A DNA stretch of 64,000 nt from an uncultured virus (IMG/VR IMGVR_UViG_3300043772_001084) (Duplodnaviria > Heunggongvirae > Uroviricota > Caudoviricetes): IMG/VR virus record IMGVR_UViG_3300043772_001084; one strand, given 5' to 3'. A program made the position numbers and the translations under genes. The notes beneath the pieces are model-generated. The model ran no database searches, had not been told where the DNA came from, and saw nothing but the letters and a program-made list of their open reading frames with translations. Shown piece by piece: positions 1-8,719 of this stretch. Position 1 is the first letter of the stretch. The number at the start of each line of letters is the position of its first letter.

Positions 1-1136
1 TAACTGATTTGTATTTAAATAATAATCAACTCACTTCATTTGATGGAACCGGATTATCAAGTTTAACTTATTTGAATTTAGATGGTAACCAACTTACCTC
101 ATTTGATGGAACTGGATTATCAAGTTTAACTCAATTGTATTTACCCAACAACCAATTAACATCATTTAATGGAACTGGATTATCTAGTTTAACTCAATTG
201 TATTTACACAATAACCAATTAACTTCATTAAGTGGATCTACATTCCCCGAAAGTTTAACTCAATTGAATTTATATGATAACCAACTTACCTCATTTGATG
301 GAACTGGATTAAGTGGTTTAACTTGGTTAGGTTTATACTACAACCCACTAGTATCCTTTAACGGTGGTGATATGAGTTCACTCCTTTCATTAGATTTTAC
401 AAATTCAGATATGGAAGGTGAGGGCGCTATCACAACTCTAGAATCATTTGATGGAACTGGATTAACTAGTTTAACTTATTTGAATTTGGGTAATAACCCA
501 CTTGTATCATTCAATGGTGGTGATTTACCTTTCACTTTATTAAGCTTCCCAAATTTGGGTATCACAACTCTAGAATCATTTGATGGTGGAAATATGACAG
601 GTTTAACTGAATTGAATTTAAGTGCTAACCAACTAACATCATTTGATGGAACTGGATTAACTAGTTTAACTTATCTAGAAATACAAAACAGTCAACTAAC
701 ATCATTAAATGGATTTACATTCCCTGAAAGTTTAACTGAATTGAATTTAAGTGCTAACCAATTAACTTCATTAAGTGGATCTACATTCCCTGAAAGTTTA
801 ACCGATTTGTATTTAGAAAATAACCAATTCACATCATTTGATGGAACCGGATTATCAAGTTTAACTTATTTGAATTTAGATGGTAACCAACTTACCTCAT
901 TTGATGGAACTGGATTATCAAGTTTAACTCAATTGTTTTTAATTGGTAACCAATTAGATGCGTCAGACAATGATTTAATATTGGCTCAATTAGATGATAA
1001 TGGTGTAGAAAATGGGTATTTCTTTGGAACATATGATGCAAATGATGAAACTCAAGCATTGTTAAGAACAAGCGGCAGTAACTCAGATTACAACAGTTTG
1101 ATTTCTAAAGGATGGGCAATAAACCAACCAGCTTAA
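1..1136 (+). CDS. Leucine-rich repeat protein, 5'-truncated by the window edge (putative virion adhesin)
   Basis: About 22-aa LxxLxLxxNQLTSFDGTGL repeats. The frame is open back to position 3 (ACT GAT TTG), so TTG at 9 is not the true start. Ends in a C-terminal cap ...LISKGWAI. Confidence 0.85.
   Translation, partial: TDLYLNNNQLTSFDGTGLSSLTYLNLDGNQLTSFDGTGLSSLTQLYLPNNQLTSFNGTGLSSLTQLYLHNNQLTSLSGSTFPESLTQLNLYDNQLTSFDGTGLSGLTWLGLYYNPLVSFNGGDMSSLLSLDFTNSDMEGEGAITTLESFDGTGLTSLTYLNLGNNPLVSFNGGDLPFTLLSFPNLGITTLESFDGGNMTGLTELNLSANQLTSFDGTGLTSLTYLEIQNSQLTSLNGFTFPESLTELNLSANQLTSLSGSTFPESLTDLYLENNQFTSFDGTGLSSLTYLNLDGNQLTSFDGTGLSSLTQLFLIGNQLDASDNDLILAQLDDNGVENGYFFGTYDANDETQALLRTSGSNSDYNSLISKGWAINQPA
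36..936 (+). repeat. 66-nt LRR-coding tandem units, including a 103-bp exact duplication (36-138 = 834-936)
   Basis: Direct comparison of the two segments; the offset of 798 nt is in frame. Confidence 0.9.
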
Positions 1137-1159
1137 TTAAACTAAATTAATTAACAATT

Positions 1160-1190
1160 AATGGGAGGATGAAATACTCCTCCCATTTTT
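1160..1190 (+). terminator. Rho-independent terminator
   Basis: AATGGGAGGA-tgaaatac-TCCTCCCATT followed by a T tract, downstream of the LRR gene. Confidence 0.8.
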
Positions 1191-1206
1191 AAAAAAAATT
1201 AAAATT

Positions 1207-2055
1207 ATGGTAGAAAGAGCAATTTATTCACTATGGACAAAACCAATGAAAGGAGAACATGTTGGTTTTAATTCAGAACAAGCATTAATGGAATCATTTG
1301 CATTATTACTACATTATTCAAAAAAATGGTTTAAAGAAGTTCATTTAATTACGGATCTAAAAGGTAAAAAGCTAGTAGAAAAATGGGGTCTGGAATTTGA
1401 TCACATCAATACGGATTTGGAAACTGAATTAAAGGATGTTAATCAAGCAAATTGGGCGTTGGGTAAAATATATGCTTGTAAAATCCAAGACAAACCTTTT
1501 ATTCATATTGACAATGATGTATTTTTGTTTAAACCACTACCAGAAACATTTTTATCTAGAGAAGCTGGATTTCAAAATTTAGAATTACATACTTACCACA
1601 CATTTTACGGTAAAATAATTTCTTGCGACAAAAAGAATTACAAAACCCCAGCAAAATGGTATAAATTTCCAACCAACAAAACTGGTCAATCTTTTAATTG
1701 TGGTATCATACTTTTTAACCGATTGGATATATTGGAGGAATGGTGGCAAGAAGCACTTAAATATGCCCACTATTACGATGAACTAGGTGGATATGGTAAA
1801 AACGCTCTAGAATTACCTTCATTGATATTTGAGCAACATTTTATTGCATCAATATGTAATCAATATAATTTTAATGTAGGTTTTTTAACAGATTACCATA
1901 CTAACCCAGAATTAGATATTAATTTCATTGACAGTAAATTGGCCAAAGAATTAGGATACACCCATTTAATTTCTTCCTCAAAAAGAGAAACAAAAACAGA
2001 AGAAATGGTAAGAGAACGATTACTATTGGAAGGTATTAAATTAAAGGGACTTTAA
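1207..2055 (+). CDS. DUF6734-like putative nucleotide-sugar (GT-A-like) transferase
   Basis: WALGKIYA...PFIHIDNDVF (DxD motif), FNCGI, IFEQ, GYTHL motifs. Confidence 0.6.
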   Translation: MVERAIYSLWTKPMKGEHVGFNSEQALMESFALLLHYSKKWFKEVHLITDLKGKKLVEKWGLEFDHINTDLETELKDVNQANWALGKIYACKIQDKPFIHIDNDVFLFKPLPETFLSREAGFQNLELHTYHTFYGKIISCDKKNYKTPAKWYKFPTNKTGQSFNCGIILFNRLDILEEWWQEALKYAHYYDELGGYGKNALELPSLIFEQHFIASICNQYNFNVGFLTDYHTNPELDINFIDSKLAKELGYTHLISSSKRETKTEEMVRERLLLEGIKLKGL

Positions 2056-2071
2056 CGAGTCCCTTTTTTTT
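2043..2071. terminator. Terminator hairpin between convergent genes (possibly bidirectional)
   Basis: AAAGGGACTT-taac-GAGTCCCTTT followed by a T tract, at the junction of 1207..2055(+) and 2070..3254(-). Confidence 0.75.
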
Positions 2072-3254
2072 ACCTATACAAATTAGTCATTGGATCATAC
2101 ACTAACCCACTATTTCCTCCATCAAATACACCCTCAATTAAACGATCATACGTTTCAATTACATCTGTATTGTCAATATGATAGCGTTGTAACACAACAT
2201 CATTGCGTTGATTATAACCATCAATATCTTTATCGTGTTCTGTTAAAATATGATTCAATATTTTAGAGGCCTTAACCGTATCTGAACCCTCGTAATAGTA
2301 ACCCAAATCTTTACACATTGGAGCATTATGTAAAACTGGATACCCCAAATAAGCAGCATCCAAATACAAATAATTTAAAGGATTCAACAATTGATGACAA
2401 ATTAAAATATCCAAATGTTGAGTAAGCATATATGCTGTTTGATACCTAGACTCAGCACTTACCTTATTATCCTTATATAAATCAAATGTGGATACGATTG
2501 AGAGAAATTCTTTGTGTTTTGAAACCATTCCAGAATTGGTGATACGAAGTTTATCTATGTGTTTTCTACCAGTTTTGGTGCGGTATGCCTCTTCGGCAAT
2601 CATTGCGGGAATCAAACAAAATTTAACAATGTTTAGATTTGGTTCCATTATACCGATAATTTTCTTTTCCTTTTTATCGTCATATTGCCAGTTTTTCTTG
2701 TATCGGCCATCTTTATATCCTTTGCTAATTTCAGCAACAGACTCAAACAAGAATTTTTCCGACCAAATAAAAGGAACCGGTAAAGCATTTGTTCTATATA
2801 AAGTTTTATATAAACCGGAATTTACCTCATCTTGTTGAGGAACATACCAAATTTCGTCATACTGTTTTTCGTATTGAAATGATTTATCTTCACTTGGTTT
2901 AAACAAAATGTTTTCCATATGAATAACATAATTGTTTCCACATTTATAAGATACAACCTTTTTATTTTTTCCGGATTTTTTAAATGTTTCCAATTGATGA
3001 TCAAACACCTGGGCACCCATACAGATTATTAAATCCATATCCAAAAAATGATCGTTGAAATATAAAATATCAATGTCATTTAAGTAAGATGGTCGTTCCG
3101 TAAAATCAATATCCGTTGAATTTAAGATATAAACTTCATAATTCTTTTTTGAATTCTTCAACAAATGGACCAACATCAATACATTTTGTTTTATACCATT
3201 TGTCCAGATTGATTCTTTGTTGTCTTTTAAACCTAATGTAATTCCAATTTTCAT
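2070..3254 (-). CDS. DUF2827 family protein (putative GT-B glycosyltransferase-like)
   Basis: SIWTNGIKQN, VPFIWS, MEPNLNIVK, HQLLNPLNYLYLD, YPVLHN, GYYY motifs. Confidence 0.75.
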   Translation of the reverse strand: MKIGITLGLKDNKESIWTNGIKQNVLMLVHLLKNSKKNYEVYILNSTDIDFTERPSYLNDIDILYFNDHFLDMDLIICMGAQVFDHQLETFKKSGKNKKVVSYKCGNNYVIHMENILFKPSEDKSFQYEKQYDEIWYVPQQDEVNSGLYKTLYRTNALPVPFIWSEKFLFESVAEISKGYKDGRYKKNWQYDDKKEKKIIGIMEPNLNIVKFCLIPAMIAEEAYRTKTGRKHIDKLRITNSGMVSKHKEFLSIVSTFDLYKDNKVSAESRYQTAYMLTQHLDILICHQLLNPLNYLYLDAAYLGYPVLHNAPMCKDLGYYYEGSDTVKASKILNHILTEHDKDIDGYNQRNDVVLQRYHIDNTDVIETYDRLIEGVFDGGNSGLVYDPMTNLYR

Positions 3255-3805
3255 CCGTGTGCTTTTATAAATTTATTTATAATTTCAATTTTTTTCTCAT
3301 CACTTGTTTCATTAACCCATAACCACAAAAAAGAAGATTCAATGTTTTTTAAATCATTCTTTTTATCATTTATAATTTTTTCAACAAGGACAAGTGTTGA
3401 TGTGTTAATTTCTATTTCAATTTTTAATATTAAACCAATTTTATATAATGTAAGTAAATCATTTATATTATAAGCATTTTGTGCTTGTTCATATAATTTA
3501 TGTCGGTATGTATTTTTTGTTTTATCTGGATGACAAGATTTTGCAATTAACCTAAAAATTGATTTTATCACCTTTAATTCTTCATCACCGACCTCAAAAA
3601 CTTTTTGTTCCGGTCTTGAAATATTTTGTATTGTTTCGCCAGTTATTATTTTTGGTTTATAACCGTTTTTGGATAGTTCATCCATAAAAATTGGTCTATA
3701 ATGATTTGTGAATTCATCAAGATATATTTGTTCATCATCCAACAATTTTAATTCTCTGATTAACAAATCAAGTTTCAGTTTTTTTAATTTTTCATCCACA
3801 ACCAT
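3251..3805 (-). CDS. J-domain (DnaJ-like) protein
   Basis: IFRLIAKSCHPDK...YEQAQNAY contains the HPD motif. Start moved to the in-frame ATG at 3805, where a TATTTAT motif lies; the start remains uncertain. Confidence 0.7.
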   Translation of the reverse strand: MVVDEKLKKLKLDLLIRELKLLDDEQIYLDEFTNHYRPIFMDELSKNGYKPKIITGETIQNISRPEQKVFEVGDEELKVIKSIFRLIAKSCHPDKTKNTYRHKLYEQAQNAYNINDLLTLYKIGLILKIEIEINTSTLVLVEKIINDKKNDLKNIESSFLWLWVNETSDEKKIEIINKFIKAHG

Positions 3806-3847
3806 AAATAGTTTAACTTTATTGATATTTATCAATAAACAAAAAAA

Positions 3848-4231
3848 ATGATTTATATTGGATTTATATTATTTATGTTTGCGGGAATATGTGAGGCGAT
3901 TATGGATAAATTGCAATTTCATTATGCTGGCTCAATTTTTAAAAATTATAACAATCAACTATTTTGGAATCCGGTTTTATCTTGGAGAAATAAATATAAA
4001 GATGGTGATCCATTAAAAGGAGAAAAATTTTTTCTTTCAAAATCATTGCTTGTTGGTTTTACAGATGCGTGGCATATGTTCAAACTATTCAGAACTTTTT
4101 TTATTTTTTCTGGAATTTATTTTTTGTTTATTCCTTGTGCAACAAAATTTACTTGTTTAATCTATATTATAGTTGCAAGAATTATTTATGGTATTTTTTT
4201 CACAATATTTTTTGAATTGTTGGAGGATTAA
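3848..4231 (+). CDS. Small multi-pass membrane protein
   Basis: Three hydrophobic segments and an FTDAWH motif; TATTTAT upstream at 3826. Confidence 0.6.
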   Translation: MIYIGFILFMFAGICEAIMDKLQFHYAGSIFKNYNNQLFWNPVLSWRNKYKDGDPLKGEKFFLSKSLLVGFTDAWHMFKLFRTFFIFSGIYFLFIPCATKFTCLIYIIVARIIYGIFFTIFFELLED

Positions 4232-4593
4232 TAATCTTTTTTAATTGCAAGTCCTTCATTGATTAACCATTCGTTAATATTTGTTCCGTCTTCTTTAATT
4301 ATTATTCCCAAATAACGACCAAATTTTTCACTTTTGTCCTTAATTGTTTTTAAGGTAATTTCTTTGTTTAAGATTTGTTCTCTTAATTTGTCCCTTGATA
4401 TTATTCCTTTGTCTTTTTCGGTTCCTTTCATTTCCGGGGCATTTAAACCAAACAATCTAATCTCAACACCTCTATTGTCCGAACCTCTCCATATTAAACC
4501 AAAACCCAAATTTAATTCAACCCTAATTGTATCGGCATCATATATTTCCAAAACTTTGGCTTTGTAGTGATATAAATAATTTTCATTTTTCAT
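4228..4593 (-). CDS. Thermonuclease (SNase-like) protein
   Basis: YDADTI, IRLFGLNAPE, KFGRYLG, NINEWLINEGLA motifs. Confidence 0.8.
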   Translation of the reverse strand: MKNENYLYHYKAKVLEIYDADTIRVELNLGFGLIWRGSDNRGVEIRLFGLNAPEMKGTEKDKGIISRDKLREQILNKEITLKTIKDKSEKFGRYLGIIIKEDGTNINEWLINEGLAIKKDY

Positions 4594-4597
4594 AATT

Positions 4598-4609
4598 ATA
4601 AATATTTAT
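4598..4609. promoter_or_regulatory. Palindromic overlapping pair of TATTTAT motifs serving divergent genes
   Basis: ATAAATATTTAT between the divergent starts at 4593(-) and 4623(+). Confidence 0.6.
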
Positions 4610-4622
4610 CAAATAAATAGTT

Positions 4623-5474
4623 ATGGCCGATAAAAGAATAACCGATTTACCCTTAATACTTTCTGGTGATATTTCATCAAATGATGTTTTACCAATTGTT
4701 AATGTTGAGGATGATATTACAAATAAAATTGAGATTAGTCAGTTAAAATCATATATATTAAGTGGTGCCACAAATCAAATTATTACAATTAGTGGAGGGA
4801 CTGGTATATTAACTGGTGGAACCTATCCTAATTTTACAATAACAAACACAAGTCCGGATCAGATTGTATCAATATCTGGTGGAACTAATTTAAGTGTTGT
4901 TGGGACTTATCCTAACTTTGGTATTAATTTTACTGGTGAAACTGGTGGATACACTTATGAGATAGGACAATATGTTCCAGATAAAGGTGGTGTAATATTT
5001 CATAGATGGTTATCAGGAACAACTCAAAATTATCTAGTTGTTGATACTACTAATTTATCAGTATCCGCACAATGGGCCAGCGTAAACGTAAATATTCCAA
5101 ATGTTGAAAGTGTTTGGGATGGTCAAGCTAATACATCAAATCTCATATTAGCAGGTGCCGGTTCTGGTATAACATCTGGAACAGCCGCTGTATTATGTAA
5201 TAATAGTACAAACAATGGGCAAACTGATTGGTATCTTCCAGCCGCATATGAGATAGCAACTATTTGGGATAATAAGTTTAGTGTGGCGATAGGATTAGAA
5301 CAAGCAGGTGGGCAAAATTTATTGTTTGGTCTAAATTATGCTACCAGTACTGAAATTGATGCAAGCTCTAGTTATTTGTTTAATACATTATATGGTACTA
5401 ACTTTAGTGATGCAAGTATGGGTGGAAAAACTACAACTAGATATGTCCGTGCAGTAAGAAAATTTAGTCTATAA
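4623..5474 (+). CDS. Fibre/adhesin-like protein with C-terminal DUF1566 (Lcl/C-type-lectin-like) domain
   Basis: N-terminal MADKRITDLP motif, GTYPNF repeats, C-terminal DWYLPA..E...TSTE...YVRAVRKF. Confidence 0.65.
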   Translation: MADKRITDLPLILSGDISSNDVLPIVNVEDDITNKIEISQLKSYILSGATNQIITISGGTGILTGGTYPNFTITNTSPDQIVSISGGTNLSVVGTYPNFGINFTGETGGYTYEIGQYVPDKGGVIFHRWLSGTTQNYLVVDTTNLSVSAQWASVNVNIPNVESVWDGQANTSNLILAGAGSGITSGTAAVLCNNSTNNGQTDWYLPAAYEIATIWDNKFSVAIGLEQAGGQNLLFGLNYATSTEIDASSSYLFNTLYGTNFSDASMGGKTTTRYVRAVRKFSL

Positions 5475-5527
5475 TTTTAAAATATAAAACTAATTTTTTT
5501 TTTCAGGTATTTATCACTAAAAGGTGA

Positions 5528-6298
5528 ATGAATAATATTATCACAATAAATAGTATCACATATGACGGAGAATTGGCAAATATTTTGTTTAATCCCCAAA
5601 ATACTAATACAACAATAAATTTAGGTTTAGTTGAACTTCCATTCACTTTCAATGCCGGACTTTTAACACCACCAAGAGAAATCTACGGAAGTTACACAAT
5701 TTTAATTCAAGGGTCTGATTGTTCAAAAATAATGAATGTTCCAAGACCAACACCTACACCAACACCAACATCAACACCAAGACCAACAAAAACACCAACA
5801 CCTACCCCAACTCCTACACCAACACCCAATCCTTGTCCAACAAAAACACCAACACCTACACCAACACCTACACCAAGACCGACAAGAACACCAACACCTA
5901 CCCCAACACCTACACCTACACCAACGTCTTGTCCAACAAAAACACCAACACCTACCCCAACATTGGGTCCAGAACCGTCTGGTATATATTATGGTAAATT
6001 TAGTGGTGCAACAATTACAAGTGGTGATGTATCAACACTTACATTTGTCACAACAAATAACCCAACAAATTCATATGTTACATTACCAACTGGAACAGCA
6101 TATGGATATATTTTAATTCCAATAACATTACCACAACCAACAGGATTTAAAAATAATAACATATGTTTCGGATCTAATATTTTAAATTATACTGGACAAA
6201 TAATTATTATAGATGGAAATGGTTTTCCAATAACATATAACATATACCGAACATTTTGGGAAATTACTGCTAGTCTGGATTGTTGGTTATGTGGTTAA
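5528..6298 (+). CDS. Putative virion protein with long Pro-Thr repeat
   Basis: About 70-aa (PT)n tract with periodic CPTK; located among fibre genes. Confidence 0.7.
   Translation: MNNIITINSITYDGELANILFNPQNTNTTINLGLVELPFTFNAGLLTPPREIYGSYTILIQGSDCSKIMNVPRPTPTPTPTSTPRPTKTPTPTPTPTPTPNPCPTKTPTPTPTPTPRPTRTPTPTPTPTPTPTSCPTKTPTPTPTLGPEPSGIYYGKFSGATITSGDVSTLTFVTTNNPTNSYVTLPTGTAYGYILIPITLPQPTGFKNNNICFGSNILNYTGQIIIIDGNGFPITYNIYRTFWEITASLDCWLCG
5741..5962 (+). repeat. Pro-Thr coding repeat (ccn-acn)n
   Basis: Hexamer-period repeat with recurring tgtccaacaaaaacaccaacacctac blocks. Confidence 0.9.
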
Positions 6299-6318
6299 AA
6301 AAAAAATAAAAAAAAATA

Positions 6319-6900
6319 ATGAGTTTTTCACTATCAGGTGGTGTTGAGGTTTATGGTTTTATTTCACCTACGGAAATTACGGATCAATATCCGGTAATTG
6401 ACCCACTATATGGTATTGATGGTTTTAGAAATGTTAATACATTGTCTGACCTTAATAGTATTCCAAATTTAAGAAGAAGAGCTGGAATGGTTGTCGGTGT
6501 TGGTGGTGGTTCACAATATTATAAACTAAACCTTGGGCCTTGGAATGGGACAATAACAGACTGGTCTTTATTTCAAACTGGTGGTGGAGGAACATTTACT
6601 GGAGGAACTGGAAGTTGTATTACAGATTTATATATTGATAATTTACATTCTTGTAATACCGGAATTACATTACATAATAGTGTTATTCCACAAAATGATA
6701 ATACAATTGATTTAGGAACACCAATAAGAAGATTTAGGAATATAAATACTATTAGTGGGACCACATCTTATTGGACAACAACAGTAAAAGTCATAACACC
6801 AGAATTAGATTTAGGAAATGATGGTTTGGGAAATTCAAGAATAATAACCGCAAATAATTCGGTAATACAAAATGATGTACTAAATGGCGGAACATTTTAA
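6319..6900 (+). CDS. Putative tail fibre/structural protein ending DVLNGGTF
   Basis: RRRAGMVVGV motif, a PQNDNTIDLGTPIRRF fibre-type motif and a C-terminal GGxF. Confidence 0.55.
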   Translation: MSFSLSGGVEVYGFISPTEITDQYPVIDPLYGIDGFRNVNTLSDLNSIPNLRRRAGMVVGVGGGSQYYKLNLGPWNGTITDWSLFQTGGGGTFTGGTGSCITDLYIDNLHSCNTGITLHNSVIPQNDNTIDLGTPIRRFRNINTISGTTSYWTTTVKVITPELDLGNDGLGNSRIITANNSVIQNDVLNGGTF

Positions 6901-6909
6901 AAAAATACT

Positions 6910-7290
6910 ATGGGAACAAAATTAAGTTTAAGACAAATTGCTGATATTGATAATCTACCTTTTTATTTTAAAAAGGCAGACGAAATGGATGTTGAAGATA
7001 ATAACATCGTTTTCAACTTTAAAGAAAATACCAATATGTCAGGAACATCAATTGGTGCTGGTTTTACCATTCAAGATGGTGATGGAATTAATTCGGATGT
7101 TAATTTTAATATTATAAATGTTAAGAATATTCAAAACATAAATACATCTGAATATAACGGTAATAATGGTTTTCAAAATAGAGGGTGGATTACACAATTA
7201 AATGATATAATTATTGGTTCAAATAGTGGTCTAACAACCGGCTATAGAGTAATAAAAGAAAAAGATTCACTAGATGGTGGTGAATTCTAA
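6910..7290 (+). CDS. Short paralogue of the C-terminal domain of 7319..8662
   Basis: Shares EDNNI, TIQDG, NRGWITQLNDI and the D.L.GGE(F/Y) end. Confidence 0.7.
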   Translation: MGTKLSLRQIADIDNLPFYFKKADEMDVEDNNIVFNFKENTNMSGTSIGAGFTIQDGDGINSDVNFNIINVKNIQNINTSEYNGNNGFQNRGWITQLNDIIIGSNSGLTTGYRVIKEKDSLDGGEF

Positions 7291-7318
7291 AATAAAATAT
7301 ATTTATAGATAAAAAATT

Positions 7319-8662
7319 ATGGCAACCAGACAAACAAGGTTAATAACCAAAAATAGTAATATAGTAAATAGACCTTTACCAACATCATTGCTTCAAGGTG
7401 AGGCGATTGTAAATACCGCTGATGGTATTATGTTTTTCTCAGGTATTACAACATCAACAACAAACTGGACACCAGCTGGAACCGGAGCTACGGAACAAAC
7501 ATTTTTTGAAGTTGGTTCCAATCTTTATGATTTAAGATTAAGAAATAGAATAACAAAATATGAAGGTCAGACGGGTGCCGGACTTGTTGGTAAATTCTTA
7601 TCCGGAACAACAAATGGTTTTGTTCTTGCCGACATTTCAAATATTTCTGGTATTGATACATATGTCACCGGTGGATCATTAACAACAAGTGCTTCAACAA
7701 GTTCAAATTTACAAACAACACAATTGTCATACAATATTACACCAGCTGGTGGTCCTTATAGTATTTCAACACAAAATACATTTACAACTGGTGGAACATA
7801 TGATAATTCTCAAAAACAAATAACATTTTTAAGAAATGACGGAAAAACTGGTTATACCGTAGATTTATCAACAATTGATGTTAATGATACTTATGTTACT
7901 GGCGGAACAAATACCGCGGCAACCACAAGTTCTCCAAACGCATCAATTGGTCTATTATATAATCAAGATATTGCACCCGGAACATATTCATTACCATACA
8001 CAAATGTATTTACAACCGGATTTACATATAATTCAGTAAATAATTCTTTTACAATAACAGATAATAGTGGTAATGCTTATAGTGATTCAATTACAACAGT
8101 TTCAGGTTTATCGTTTTCAAATTTAACACAAGGAAGGGTTGTTTATGTTGGTGTTGGTGGTTTATTAAAAGATAAGGCCGCCTTTACATATAATGAAGGA
8201 ACGGATACATTGGGTGTTAAAGACATTCAAGCTAGTGGTGATGTTGTGGTTCAAGGGAATTTAACGGTATTTGGGTCAAGTATTTCCGCTTTTACATCTA
8301 ATTTATATGTGGAAGATAATAATATCATATTAAACTATAATCCAACAGGTTCATCAACATCATTTTCAGTAAATGCTGGTATTACAATTCAAGACGGAAA
8401 TGGTATTACTGGTGATAGTGTCAATTTTGATATTATCAAAATGTGGGATTTAACTGGTATAACACCAACACAAGTTCTTGATCTTAATGAATACACAGGA
8501 TCTACTGGTTATACAAATCGCGGTTGGATTACACAATTAAATGATATTGTAATTAGAAGTACCGATATTACGGACTCACCAACAGATCCACAATCTCCTG
8601 GGGCCGTAACCGGTGTTAGAGTTTTGGCAGAATTTGATGTTTTATCGGGTGGTGAATATTAA
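7319..8662 (+). CDS. Tail fibre-like protein (Mtd/hyaluronidase-type N-terminal domain)
   Basis: N-terminal K.SN....P..L..GE...NTAD, DTYVTGG repeats, VVVQGNLTVFG...VEDNNIILN. Confidence 0.65.
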   Translation: MATRQTRLITKNSNIVNRPLPTSLLQGEAIVNTADGIMFFSGITTSTTNWTPAGTGATEQTFFEVGSNLYDLRLRNRITKYEGQTGAGLVGKFLSGTTNGFVLADISNISGIDTYVTGGSLTTSASTSSNLQTTQLSYNITPAGGPYSISTQNTFTTGGTYDNSQKQITFLRNDGKTGYTVDLSTIDVNDTYVTGGTNTAATTSSPNASIGLLYNQDIAPGTYSLPYTNVFTTGFTYNSVNNSFTITDNSGNAYSDSITTVSGLSFSNLTQGRVVYVGVGGLLKDKAAFTYNEGTDTLGVKDIQASGDVVVQGNLTVFGSSISAFTSNLYVEDNNIILNYNPTGSSTSFSVNAGITIQDGNGITGDSVNFDIIKMWDLTGITPTQVLDLNEYTGSTGYTNRGWITQLNDIVIRSTDITDSPTDPQSPGAVTGVRVLAEFDVLSGGEY

Positions 8663-8719
8663 CTTTAAAAAATAAAAATAGACCTTAATATTAAGGTAAA
8701 AAAAAATTAAGTCATATAT

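Noticed and set aside
1..940. Regularly spaced repeats that could be mistaken for a CRISPR array (also 18600-19800)
   Set aside because: The units are in-frame multiples of 3 coding LRRs, the intervening sequences are homologous rather than unique spacers, and no cas genes are present.
4623..5474. A complete diversity-generating retroelement
   Set aside because: No reverse transcriptase or template repeat was found in the window; kept only as a low-score lead.
5719..6116. Alternative-frame ORFs rich in His/Gln or Thr/Asn (5719..5997, 5736..6116; likewise 16449..16685 and 16452..16733)
   Set aside because: They are shadows of the Pro-Thr hexamer repeat, which lacks stops in other frames; no independent start signals.
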